Assembly (NCBI GenBank): GCA_965218975.1
Contig: OZ244717.1
Span: 594,347-658,346 of the forward strand
Origin: Candidatus Oxydemutatoraceae bacterium
Lineage (GTDB): Bacteria; Pseudomonadota; Gammaproteobacteria; Poriferisulfidales; Oxydemutatoraceae
DNA length: 64,000 nt
Direction: 5' to 3'
Of the stretch, positions 48,794 to 57,492 are shown piece by piece. Under the pieces are notes generated by a model. That model did not search any database. It saw nothing but the letters and a program-made list of their open reading frames with translations, and had not been told where the DNA came from. A program made the translations under genes and the position numbers. Each line of letters opens with the position of its first letter. Position 1 is the first letter of the stretch.

Positions 48794-51003
48794 CAGTAAT
48801 CCCGGCGTTTAATGCCGAACGTGCGCGTGATGCTCTGCGCGACTTCCCCGTTTTTCTCTAAGTCGTCCACGACGACTTTGACCACAATACCATCCGCTGT
48901 GGTTGACGCTGAGGCCTCTTTGACCGTTTGAGGCGCACCTTGATTCACGATTTGCACATTGACCGGTGCGGCGCCGGATTGATTGTTGCGATGTCTCGGG
49001 TCGGTACGAGGCAATACTTCTTCACCGCGTTTCAGAATCGCCGGCACTTCACCTCCTACCAACCCGCCGAGATGATAACGCGGCGCGGTAGCGAAAACCG
49101 AGTATGCATAAGCGCCGGGCAGACGTCGGCGGGGCAGGTTGTCCTGTCCGATGACGCCGCCGCCGTGCACGACAAAGGGCCCCGGCACGCCGAGTGATGC
49201 GCCTGCCGCGCTCGCCGCGTTGTGGCTGCCGGGTCCACCGGAAAATCCACCTACCAATGCCTCGAACAACGGTTTCGTGATGGTTTGCCGGATCGCGATA
49301 CGCGCAAGGTCGGCGAGGATGCTGCGCACAAACGAGCCGAACTGAAGCTTGCCGGTCGTGACAAACTCCACCAATGAATCCTCCATACTCCGGAACGCAT
49401 TACCGAACCCGTCGGCAATCTGCTGCGCACGCGACTGCGCATCCTCATCAAGACGCGCCATCGCCAAACGGAATCCGTCGGTAAATTGATTCGACTGCTC
49501 AAGTCTTTCACGCGCCGCTTTGCGTTGCCGCTCCGCGTCCTCCTCGTACAGACGCGCCAACTCTACCGAGAATATATGCTCAACATCATCGCGGTATTTG
49601 ACATAGCCCTTGGCGGACTTGTTTAAACTAGTGAGTGTCGCGCGACGCCACATCGCAAGCTTCGCAATGTTGCGATCTAGTGTCGGCAACAAACTTAACT
49701 GCCGATCAATGATGCCGGCAATTGCTTTTTTGTGTGCCGCTTCGATCGCCTTGAGCGCCTCTTCGCTAAATCCCGTTCCTGTGCTTTTTCTTGTTCCGCC
49801 ACCCGCGTCGCCGAGATGCATCTGCGCCACCGCTTGCAGGCGATCAGGGTCGCGGTCGTCGGCTAAGGTAGGTTTTTCGCCTTGAGTCAGTGCTAGCCCG
49901 GCGGCGAGTCCACCGGCGGCCCCAAAATATTTTGCGTACAGCCTAAATGTTTCGTTGCCAGCCCGTCCAATAAATTTTCCGAGAGCGCCACCAGCCAAAG
50001 CGGTTGCAACGGGAATCAGCACGTCGGCATGTTCAACCATGAATTTGAGCGTACTCCCGAGCGTCTGCCCAAACAGCCTCATACCTTCTTGCACTTTAGG
50101 ATCGGCGAGCACATCGCCCACCTCGTTAAAAGCGCTTGCCATCTCGTCTAAGAATCCGGACTCGCCGAATGTGCGAGATAGTTTCGCGAGGCTGTTGTGA
50201 AAACGATTGATTTGCGCCGTGGATTCATTGCCCGCTGCGATTGCCTCGCTGGAGTAGAGTTGATGAAATTCTCGAGCCATTGCCGGCAACAAGTCTTCGG
50301 CAAGGATTTTGCCTAAAGCTAATTGTTTACCTAGTTCTTTCGTCGTCAATCCTGCCGCCCGTGCCGCAACCTGGAATGCCCCAGGGACCCGCTCACCCAA
50401 TTGACCGCGCAATTCCTCCGCGCTGACTACACCCTTGGAGATAATTTGTTCAATGGCCGTCAATGCGCCGGAGGTTTGCTCCGATGTCAGCGACAAGGCG
50501 GTCGCAGCCTCGTTGATGCCGATAAAGATTCGGCGGATGGGTTCGCCTTCTAAAGCGGTCCCTTTTGCTGCGGCAGCGAGTTTCGCGTAGTCGCGTGCGG
50601 TTGTTTGCAGCCGCAGGCCTAAGCGTTCTGCCTCGTGTTCAATGAAAGTAAACTCACGCTGCGCTGCCTCAGTTGACCCGAATACCGCCTTCAGCGTCCG
50701 ATCAACACGCTGGAACTCAATCGCAGTCTGCGCCAGATATTTGAGTGTCGCGGCGGAGATTACAGCCGCTGCCGCGCGGCGGAATGCTCGCATGCCGGAT
50801 GATGCCACAGTTGATTGCTTGCCGACATCGCCTATTCGCCGACCGAAGCGGGTGAACGCACGCCCTTGCTTGTTCGCCTCGCGCCCGGACTCTTTGACCT
50901 CTTTGGATAACTTCGCGATCTCTTTTTCGCTACGCCGGACCGCGCCGACCAACTCTTTGCCGTCAGCGCGCAAGGTAATGCCGATCTGAATGTCATTTGG
51001 CAT
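48793..51003 (-). CDS. Tail tape measure protein
   Basis: 736 aa, Ala/Gly-rich helical protein immediately after the G/GT chaperone pair. Confidence 0.75.
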   Translation of the reverse strand: MPNDIQIGITLRADGKELVGAVRRSEKEIAKLSKEVKESGREANKQGRAFTRFGRRIGDVGKQSTVASSGMRAFRRAAAAVISAATLKYLAQTAIEFQRVDRTLKAVFGSTEAAQREFTFIEHEAERLGLRLQTTARDYAKLAAAAKGTALEGEPIRRIFIGINEAATALSLTSEQTSGALTAIEQIISKGVVSAEELRGQLGERVPGAFQVAARAAGLTTKELGKQLALGKILAEDLLPAMAREFHQLYSSEAIAAGNESTAQINRFHNSLAKLSRTFGESGFLDEMASAFNEVGDVLADPKVQEGMRLFGQTLGSTLKFMVEHADVLIPVATALAGGALGKFIGRAGNETFRLYAKYFGAAGGLAAGLALTQGEKPTLADDRDPDRLQAVAQMHLGDAGGGTRKSTGTGFSEEALKAIEAAHKKAIAGIIDRQLSLLPTLDRNIAKLAMWRRATLTSLNKSAKGYVKYRDDVEHIFSVELARLYEEDAERQRKAARERLEQSNQFTDGFRLAMARLDEDAQSRAQQIADGFGNAFRSMEDSLVEFVTTGKLQFGSFVRSILADLARIAIRQTITKPLFEALVGGFSGGPGSHNAASAAGASLGVPGPFVVHGGGVIGQDNLPRRRLPGAYAYSVFATAPRYHLGGLVGGEVPAILKRGEEVLPRTDPRHRNNQSGAAPVNVQIVNQGAPQTVKEASASTTADGIVVKVVVDDLEKNGEVAQSITRTFGIKRRDY

Positions 51004-51205
51004 TGTTTTGCTCCCGGTGAGTTAACTCAACGATGCGTTGCTCCATTACGCGCAGTCCTGTGAATACGGATTTAAACGGGATATGAAGCGCCCTTAAAGT
51101 GTGCTTAACCGCCCCGTAATCCAACGCATAAATCCCCCCGAACCCGACGCGCCATTGTGTGCTGACCAGTAAAAATGCTCGCATTATTTCCACAGCCTCC
51201 GGCAA
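50993..51205 (-). CDS. T-like extension frame of the tail assembly chaperone (expressed as a G-T fusion by -1 frameshift)
   Basis: The -1 frame after the A-AAA-AAC heptamer reads LVGAAEHWFSGAKGDYELLPEAVEIM... into this ORF. Confidence 0.5.
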   Translation of the reverse strand: MPEAVEIMRAFLLVSTQWRVGFGGIYALDYGAVKHTLRALHIPFKSVFTGLRVMEQRIVELTHREQNNAK

Positions 51206-51255
51206 TAATTCATAATCACCCTTTGCGCCGCTAAACCAATGTTCCGCGGCGCCGA

Positions 51256-51621
51256 CTAGTTTTTTGCCAGGCTCGATGCAATCATGGCAGGGTTGTGTAT
51301 CGCAGTGGTTAGCTCGGCTAGCAACGCGGATACGACGGCGCTATAAACATAAGGAATATCGATCAGGTCTTTAAATGCCTGCTCGCTGAATGTGATGTCG
51401 TCGCCGCCTTCATCGCGCACGTGTTTCCACCCTTTGACGATAGATAGTATTGTATCCGCATCATCGTCATCATTATTAGCGCATCGGCGCACAAAAGCAT
51501 CACGCTCGCGCATGGATAGGTACTTGATCTTGATCTGGAAAGTCTGGCTTTTGCCCGCCCCCGGCACCTTAACATCCACATCAAGGTCAACAGTTTCCGG
51601 TCGCACAACGACGAACCCCAT
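51256..51621 (-). CDS. Tail assembly chaperone (G-like)
   Basis: 121-aa acidic ORF between the major tail and tape measure genes; ends ...GCA AAA AAC TAG. Confidence 0.6.
   Translation of the reverse strand: MGFVVVRPETVDLDVDVKVPGAGKSQTFQIKIKYLSMRERDAFVRRCANNDDDDADTILSIVKGWKHVRDEGGDDITFSEQAFKDLIDIPYVYSAVVSALLAELTTAIHNPAMIASSLAKN
51259..51265 (-). other. Programmed -1 ribosomal frameshift slippery heptamer A-AAA-AAC
   Basis: Minus-strand AAAAAAC (plus GTTTTTT), last two sense codons of the G-like ORF; an X-XXY-YYZ pattern at the canonical position. Confidence 0.55.
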
Positions 51622-52397
51622 CAGTCAGGTCTCCCATTGATGTAGAGCGCAGGCTGACCACCTCGCGCCAGAAACTCTGCGCTGAAAGATATCTGCATCG
51701 GTGTCTCGCGCGATTGCAGCGCGCTTTCGCCGCTCGGTGCCAGTTCCGCATACGGGGCATACAAGTCTTTGTTTGCACCTTCGGCGTTGTCGGCGATCCA
51801 CCGTAACGCACCGGTCAAGCTGGCATTTGCCGTTGTCTCCACTTGGTCGTATTTAAGGTGCGGCGCCAGCGTCATGTAGCTGAACTCAACGATAGCATCA
51901 TCGGCAATGCTCCCATCCGGTTTGATGTAGATTCTCCCCATATCGGCGTCTAATATGTAATCATCGTCGACGGCGTAAACTACCTCCTCATCCGCAAGGC
52001 CGACCTTCTTTTCCACGCTCACACCTTTGACTTCCTTAAGATTTTTGCCGACCTGATACCACCGTCCTTTTTTCACCTTGCGTTCTTCGTGAGCCACCGC
52101 TTGGGACGGCTGTGCGACCTCCTTTGATCGCCCGCCGACAAACATTGCGAGATTCTCCGCTGAGATGTGCTCACACGTAATATTCGCGGTTCGCGTGATG
52201 CTCCTGACTACGCTGCTGATTTTCTCCGCCGTCGGTGTGTCCGACGAATACACGTCTGTCTTCTCGACCGCGACAGACAGGCCGAACCCTGGGGTCTCAC
52301 CCAAATATATTTCGCCGGTCTTTTCGCCGGCGTCGTCGAACGGGTCGAAGTACAGCCGCCCGGCGCCGAGAACGATGTTTCTTTTTTCTTCTAACAT
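51621..52397 (-). CDS. Major tail (tube) protein
   Basis: 258-aa ORF immediately upstream of the chaperone pair. Confidence 0.55.
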   Translation of the reverse strand: MLEEKRNIVLGAGRLYFDPFDDAGEKTGEIYLGETPGFGLSVAVEKTDVYSSDTPTAEKISSVVRSITRTANITCEHISAENLAMFVGGRSKEVAQPSQAVAHEERKVKKGRWYQVGKNLKEVKGVSVEKKVGLADEEVVYAVDDDYILDADMGRIYIKPDGSIADDAIVEFSYMTLAPHLKYDQVETTANASLTGALRWIADNAEGANKDLYAPYAELAPSGESALQSRETPMQISFSAEFLARGGQPALYINGRPD

Positions 52398-52619
52398 TTA
52401 TTTAGCCTCCTCTGCTGTCTGCTGTTTACTGCCTGCTATCGGCTCGAAAAAACTTTCGCCGAATCGCTCGATTTGGTCGGTGCGCAACTCGACGGTCTCG
52501 CCGGGCGCATAGTCTTTGCCGGCTTTGGTCAGCGGCTTGGCTAATACGCGTTTGTGCGTTTGCGTCGCACTTGTTTTGATAGGTTTGTTTTGTTTCATGG
52601 CACTCCTAAAAAGTTGCAT
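52398..52619 (-). CDS. Phage hypothetical protein (73 aa)
   Basis: Small basic ORF in the head-tail joining region. Confidence 0.35.
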   Translation of the reverse strand: MQLFRSAMKQNKPIKTSATQTHKRVLAKPLTKAGKDYAPGETVELRTDQIERFGESFFEPIAGSKQQTAEEAK

Positions 52620-53031
52620 TCGTTGAAAATACCAACGGTAATAAAAAGTAACCGTCGATTAACACCGGCGCTTCCACGCCGGTCAAAATCAGACGGCTGA
52701 ATCCGTCGTCGAGACCACAGTGATGCAACGCAGCGATCACTGCCGCGGCCAGCGGTCCGGCATCGTCGCGTGCCGCGGAACCTCCGCGCACGTCACTGAC
52801 GTTGCGTACCGCCACAACGGCGACGAAGCGCAGGCGGACGATCGCCGCCGTCGAATTGTCCGGCGTGCGTGCAGAGCCGCCGGCAAACAGCACGTAAATT
52901 GTATTTCCTTGCGGCTTGTGTTTGTCCGTCAACGTGCGCAAATCGCCCGCACGTTTAATCGCCACGTGATGGATGTGTGACTCAAGTTGTTGCACTATCA
53001 TTCGCTCCGGCGCCAAAAGGTCAGTTAACAT
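52606..53031 (-). CDS. Phage head-tail joining region protein (start at ATG 53029-53031, MLTDLLAPER...)
   Basis: The track ORF 52606..53127 begins with GTG inside the duplicated small-peptide gene in another frame; ATG at 53031 overlaps the small-peptide stop (TAATG). Confidence 0.45.
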   Translation of the reverse strand: MLTDLLAPERMIVQQLESHIHHVAIKRAGDLRTLTDKHKPQGNTIYVLFAGGSARTPDNSTAAIVRLRFVAVVAVRNVSDVRGGSAARDDAGPLAAAVIAALHHCGLDDGFSRLILTGVEAPVLIDGYFLLPLVFSTNATF

Positions 53032-53252
53032 TATTGTACGTTGATTGTCTTGACTACCCACACCAAAAAGCCGATAACCAGTGCGGCGGCTAATACGCCT
53101 CCCAATATCCATTCCATTTTCCATCACCTCCTATAAGGTCAGTTAACATTATTGTACGTTGATTGTCTTGACTACCCACACCAAAAAGCCGATAACCAGT
53201 GCGGCGGCTAATACGCCTCCCAATATCCATTCCATTTTCCATCACCTCCTAT
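53017..53252. repeat. Perfect 118-bp tandem duplication (2 copies: 53017-53134, 53135-53252)
   Basis: Unit AAGGTCAGTTAACATTATTGTACGTTGATTGTCTTGACTACCCACACCAAAAAGCCGATAACCAGTGCGGCGGCTAATACGCCTCCCAATATCCATTCCATTTTCCATCACCTCCTAT. Confidence 0.9.
53031..53117 (-). CDS. 28-aa single-TM peptide MEWILGGVLAAALVIGFLVWVVKTINVQ with strong RBS (AGGAGGTGATGGAAA-ATG); second identical copy at 53149-53235
   Basis: Located inside a 118-bp perfect tandem duplication. Confidence 0.35.
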   Translation of the reverse strand: MEWILGGVLAAALVIGFLVWVVKTINVQ

Positions 53253-53685
53253 AATGTCCGTGGTACCCATCAACATAACCGTCCAATATGTCGGTACCGA
53301 GCGGCGATTCGTCGACTTTGATTTTCGGGGTGCCGACGCTGCGCACTTGCGTGCCAGTGTCGAGCACTACCTTGCCTGCGGCAATGTCGCGCAAGCGATT
53401 GATCGCCGTGTTGTAGCGCTGCGAGACTGTTTCGGTCGGTTCAAGGTAGAGACGATAGCGCGTGACGTTGAGCATAATCTCGGCGATGACCGGCGGTATC
53501 GCGTCATCGTCGAACGGCACATCAACACGCCCGCGCAGGTATCCGTCAACCTCCGATTGTGCCGTTGCAATCTTCTGTTCCGCCAAGTCGGTATCGATCA
53601 CACCGTTGTTGCCGCGGTCCGTGAGTTCTCGCATCTCTTGTTCGCCGAACTCGCGGATCAAATCGTCTGCGCTAATGTATGCCAT
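53242..53685 (-). CDS. Phage head-tail adaptor-like protein (Mu gp36/DUF1320-like)
   Basis: 147 aa; position downstream of major capsid and accessory head genes. Confidence 0.4.
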   Translation of the reverse strand: MAYISADDLIREFGEQEMRELTDRGNNGVIDTDLAEQKIATAQSEVDGYLRGRVDVPFDDDAIPPVIAEIMLNVTRYRLYLEPTETVSQRYNTAINRLRDIAAGKVVLDTGTQVRSVGTPKIKVDESPLGTDILDGYVDGYHGHYRR

Positions 53686-53688
53686 GTG

Positions 53689-54057
53689 TTAGCCGTCCCG
53701 CTGCGCTTGATATTGTTCCCAAGCTGCATCGCGCAGCGCCGCCGACACCGATTGTCCGAGGCGTTCGCTCAACACATTGCTGTGCGGTTTGCCCGATTTA
53801 GTGTAAGCGTCTTCTTTGTTTATTTCGCCGGCGCCGACCGCTCGGACGAGATCGTCAATCGCTGCTATGACTGTCTTGATCGACAATTGATCGTCGGTTG
53901 CTTTATCCGATTCAATCGCTGCAAGTATGCCTTTTTCGATTAGCGGTCCGGCATCGCGGTCCGGCATTGAGACTGTAATCGCAACACCGGGTCGCGGCCG
54001 ATATACGGTACCGTTGTAGCGCACCGGCTCAAGCACAATGTAGTTCCGTTCGGACAT
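53689..54057 (-). CDS. Phage head-associated hypothetical protein (start at ATG 54055-54057, overlapping the capsid gene stop)
   Basis: The track ORF extends to 54147 with a 90-nt overlap; the internal ATG forms a TAATG coupling with the capsid gene. Confidence 0.4.
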   Translation of the reverse strand: MSERNYIVLEPVRYNGTVYRPRPGVAITVSMPDRDAGPLIEKGILAAIESDKATDDQLSIKTVIAAIDDLVRAVGAGEINKEDAYTKSGKPHSNVLSERLGQSVSAALRDAAWEQYQAQRDG

Positions 54058-54995
54058 TACAGCGTGTCCTGAATCAGATACGCTGCGTCCTTGCCGACGA
54101 TCGCATTCGCGTACGCCTTTGTTGTCGGGTACATCCACGATCGACACGCATGGTCAAAGTACGGCATCTCCACCGCCGGCATCCCGCGTAGGCGATAGCA
54201 ATACCCGTAAGTCGGCAGTGCGGAATCAAACGATCCGACCCTGGTATAGGCGACCAGCGCAATGTCGCCCCAAATATCTTCCGTGGTGCCGTCGTCTTTG
54301 ACCGACACCGCATCGCCGACCAATATCATTTCGACGTCGAACAACAACTGCAGATCCTCGCGTGTCGCGATGCCGATTTTGCTGTCGCGGATCTCTGCGC
54401 GGATCTTCGGATGTCGGCGCAGACGTGAAAATACCTTGCCGGAGACGACGAGTGTATTCGCCCGAAAGCCGGTGTTGGCGCGTACGACCTCAGTCGCCTC
54501 GACGACTTCGTTGATCGGGTCGGATGCATCATTGCTCCACTTGCTGTTGCCGGCTAAAGTTTCCTTGTTTGTTGCAGCATAGTTATCGGCCTTGGCCGCG
54601 ATGGCGGCAGCCTCGCGCTCTTTCTCAAGTTCTAAAATATGCATCGCGCCTCTGACGGCACGTTGACCGAGATCGATGCCGGGCGACATGGCCGCATCCT
54701 GCAAATGCTCAATCGGCACTTTACCGGCGATTGAGTGATCAACCAAAGCAAAGTCCTTGCCCTCGTGGCCGAACTGCACTTGTTTGACTGCGCCCCCGGG
54801 CGCACGTGCCGTATTAAACTTTTTCCAATCGGTGCGATCAAACTCAATCAACTTGCCGCCGCGGGTGGGGACGTCCACCTCGGGGAAGAGTCGATCCGCG
54901 ATCAGACCTGTGAGACTGTAACCCCGTGCTACAGTCGTCAACACCGGATCAATGACCCGTTGCTGCGCGGTGGATTGTGGGGTACCTCCTGGCAT
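54057..54995 (-). CDS. Major capsid protein (Mu gpT-like)
   Basis: 312 aa; placed after protease/scaffold and DUF2190 genes as in Mu-like head modules. Confidence 0.6.
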   Translation of the reverse strand: MPGGTPQSTAQQRVIDPVLTTVARGYSLTGLIADRLFPEVDVPTRGGKLIEFDRTDWKKFNTARAPGGAVKQVQFGHEGKDFALVDHSIAGKVPIEHLQDAAMSPGIDLGQRAVRGAMHILELEKEREAAAIAAKADNYAATNKETLAGNSKWSNDASDPINEVVEATEVVRANTGFRANTLVVSGKVFSRLRRHPKIRAEIRDSKIGIATREDLQLLFDVEMILVGDAVSVKDDGTTEDIWGDIALVAYTRVGSFDSALPTYGYCYRLRGMPAVEMPYFDHACRSWMYPTTKAYANAIVGKDAAYLIQDTL

Positions 54996-55015
54996 AATAA
55001 TTTCTCCTTTGTGAA

Positions 55016-55354
55016 TTAGTTGGTGATTAAAAGGACTTCGACTTTGGCACCGGATGTGGCGGCGGACAGTGCTCGGGCGACAATCTTATGGGTGCCGCTA
55101 TGCTTGATCGCTTTACCGTTCGCGTCCGTTCTCAGTGCGTCTCCTTTGGCAAATGTGCCGCCGGCCTCAACCACTTCGGTACCGAGTGCGCTGACTGCGA
55201 TGTCTGCACCGCTCTTGGCTGCATGTTGCGCGACGCCCAATACATTGCCTCCGGCGGATGGCGCACCACCGGTCGGCGACACAAATCTATGCGCCGCGAC
55301 GTCTGCGGATAGGGTAACCGTCAGTGCGAAAATAGGGGTGGATGCTGCTGCCAT
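55016..55354 (-). CDS. DUF2190-like small head protein (Ala/Gly-rich, 112 aa)
   Basis: Typical small gene between scaffold and capsid genes in Mu-like and other phages. Confidence 0.45.
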   Translation of the reverse strand: MAAASTPIFALTVTLSADVAAHRFVSPTGGAPSAGGNVLGVAQHAAKSGADIAVSALGTEVVEAGGTFAKGDALRTDANGKAIKHSGTHKIVARALSAATSGAKVEVLLITN

Positions 55355-55369
55355 AATGTTCTCCTATGT

Positions 55370-56557
55370 TTAATGTTGTTGAACCGCTTGCGCGGCGGTC
55401 AAATAATCCGTTTTATCCGCACCGCCGTGTTGCTCCTGAAAAGACACGGCCGCCGCGTGCATTGATGCGCGCGTCGGGTCAATGCTGTACCCGTCCGGCG
55501 CGACAAATCCGGCCGTTGCCGCCGACTGTTTCTCCGGTGTCGCGACCTCACCGAAATGCACTTGGACCGGTAAACTGCCGAGGAGCGCTTTGACCGCGTC
55601 TTTTGCATTCTTGGTCACCGTGTTGCCGTCTTCGGAATACACGATCGTATCGGTTGTCTTAATGCGCTCCAGCAAATTGATTACCGTCTCTTTGTGTGCC
55701 GGTAAAACTTTGCCGGCCTTAATCAACCCTTCAACACACTCTTCCGACGAAGCGCGCGCGGCTTTTGTCTCACGTTCCTCAAGCGCTTGTTCGCGCCGCT
55801 TCAATTCTTCTTCGCGCTCACTCATATCTTTGCTCTCTATGTTTGTGGCCGGTTTTTCTGTCGTGACACGGAACGCTTTTGCAAGTTCCTCAAGCGCTTG
55901 TTCGCGCCGCTTCAATTCTTCTTCGCGCTCACTCATATCTTTGCTCTCTATGTTTGTGGCCGGTTTTTCTGTCGTGACACGGAACGCTTTTGCAAGTTCC
56001 TCAAGCGCTTTGGATACGCCCTGATTGGTTGTTAATTCATTCTCGGCAAAGTGGTCTGTTTTGCCGGTAACTTTTCGGACTGCATCGATTATTGCGTGCC
56101 CAATTCGTTCTGCAAGGTTCATGGTTTTGTCTCCTTCGGTTAATAATTCGGCAGATAGATATTCGTCCGGGCTGTCATCGAATACGACCGGTTGCATGCC
56201 TTTGACTGCCGGCACCTCGGCGCCGAGGAAGCCGACATGCCGAAGCGCATACGATGCCGGCGACGGGTTCGCTTTCGCGCCGGGCTTGTAAAAACTAGCT
56301 GAGATTTTTTTGTACCGCCCGGCATGAACTTCATCGGCAAATTTGCCGTCTATCTGTCGGGGGATGGCGAACAAGGAATTACCCTTACGGTACACATCCG
56401 CGATCCAGCCATACGCCGGCGCGTTGTCTTGCGGATGGCCCTTTGTAATCGGCGCCTCGTGTTTTCGTGCGTCGTAGTTTTGCGCGATCGCATCCAGCTG
56501 CGCGATGCCGATCTCCGATGCGTGCCGGCCTGCGCGGAATATCTCTATCGGTTTCAT
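55370..56557 (-). CDS. Mu gpI-like prohead protease with C-terminal scaffold (Z-like) region containing an in-frame duplication
   Basis: 395 aa; the N-terminal half resembles Mu-like prophage I protein; the C-terminal coiled-coil scaffold region carries the 37-aa repeat. Confidence 0.6.
   Translation of the reverse strand: MKPIEIFRAGRHASEIGIAQLDAIAQNYDARKHEAPITKGHPQDNAPAYGWIADVYRKGNSLFAIPRQIDGKFADEVHAGRYKKISASFYKPGAKANPSPASYALRHVGFLGAEVPAVKGMQPVVFDDSPDEYLSAELLTEGDKTMNLAERIGHAIIDAVRKVTGKTDHFAENELTTNQGVSKALEELAKAFRVTTEKPATNIESKDMSEREEELKRREQALEELAKAFRVTTEKPATNIESKDMSEREEELKRREQALEERETKAARASSEECVEGLIKAGKVLPAHKETVINLLERIKTTDTIVYSEDGNTVTKNAKDAVKALLGSLPVQVHFGEVATPEKQSAATAGFVAPDGYSIDPTRASMHAAAVSFQEQHGGADKTDYLTAAQAVQQH
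55780..56010. repeat. 111-bp in-frame tandem duplication (2 copies plus a partial third) inside the scaffold region
   Basis: Protein repeat EELAKAFRVTTEKPATNIESKDMSEREEELKRREQAL occurs twice; DNA copies start at 55780 and 55891. Confidence 0.85.
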
Positions 56558-56589
56558 GCGGGCAATTATTGCCGCCGCCGGTTGATATG

Positions 56590-56612
56590 TTCAGTAAAAA
56601 TATTTTCCTGTT
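56590..56612 (-). promoter_or_regulatory. Conserved palindrome-containing element ~33 nt upstream of the protease/scaffold start codon (candidate late promoter/activator site)
   Basis: Minus-strand AACAGGAAAATATTTTTACTGAA. The ~60-bp upstream cassette (through CATGCGGGCAATTATTGCCGCC) is shared with the lysozyme gene upstream region. Confidence 0.35.
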
Positions 56613-56741
56613 AGAGGAGATAGTAAACCCTATCCGCCGCCTCGTTCGGCGCTGTACGGGCGTCAATTTAAGCCGTTTTTCCGCAGATTCGGCTAGATTT
56701 GATAAAAAAGCGCCGGAAACAGTCAGAGGTGTATTGCGCAA

Positions 56742-56786
56742 CCCCTATTAAAACCCTATTAAGACCCCTATTAAGCTTATTAAATT
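56742..56786. repeat. Iterated CCCTATTAA motif (3-4 copies): CCCCTATTAAAACCCTATTAAGACCCCTATTAAGCTTATTAAA
   Basis: In the intergenic region between the gpG-like and protease genes. Confidence 0.7.
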
Positions 56787-56891
56787 TTTTTAAATGTGGT
56801 TATACACGTCTGCACTCCGAAACGGCGCAAAATGCGCCTTATTTTGGCTCGGCGGTCGGCCCCGGGGCGCGGGTCCTCGCAAGTCATGCCT

Positions 56892-57377
56892 CTAGCTGAT
56901 GCCGGGTGTGAGGTGCGCCGTCAGAATCTCAATAATCTCATCGCGTCCTTCGTCGGACAGTCCGAGGAAAGAACGGGCCGGAATGTCGCCCCACGGAATC
57001 GGCGCGCCGCGTTTGGTAGTGCCGAATTGACCTTTCTTCGCGCCGAACTGATGGGTGGCCGCATAAATGACATTCGTGCCGGCCTGCGCAAAGTCCGATC
57101 CATGCGCAGCCACAATACTTTGTGCCAATCTGCCGGTCTGTTGCAATATTTTGCCCGTGCCGCGGCCGCTCTTTTGTCGTCGGGCGATTGTGACTGAACT
57201 TAACTTCGCCCAAGCCGTGCCGTCGGGTGCTTGCTCTTTGTCGAAAGACTCCTCAACCACATCCGCCAGCACGCCGGAGATCGCATCCATTGCCGGTGAT
57301 AGATCATCACCGCGCTTGACCAATCGATTCAACAGCCGGCGTAACTGTTGATCTTGCAATTTAATTTTGATGTCCAT
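56892..57377 (-). CDS. Mu gpG-like virion morphogenesis protein
   Basis: 161-aa ORF between gpF-like and protease genes, the Mu order F-G-I. Confidence 0.55.
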   Translation of the reverse strand: MDIKIKLQDQQLRRLLNRLVKRGDDLSPAMDAISGVLADVVEESFDKEQAPDGTAWAKLSSVTIARRQKSGRGTGKILQQTGRLAQSIVAAHGSDFAQAGTNVIYAATHQFGAKKGQFGTTKRGAPIPWGDIPARSFLGLSDEGRDEIIEILTAHLTPGIS

Positions 57378-57492
57378 TTATGGTATTATTTTAAGCGGGT
57401 GATGTGGCGCTTGGTTGGTTTTGCCCCAGGGCTGATAACCATCCAAGCCGGAAGTATCCTATCCTGGGCGTAGCAAGGCTGGTTCGATCGCA

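Noticed and set aside
52606-53127. 173-aa ORF beginning MMENGMDIGRR
   Set aside because: Its first 32 codons (GTG start) are an alternative frame of the duplicated small-peptide gene and RBS. The real gene most likely starts at ATG 53029-53031.
54119-57351. Numerous 60-180-aa ORFs on the plus strand across the prophage (for example 54262..54582, 55482..56024, 56796..57197)
   Set aside because: They are antisense to a contiguous, tightly packed minus-strand structural operon in ~58% GC DNA. They are the expected spurious ORFs.
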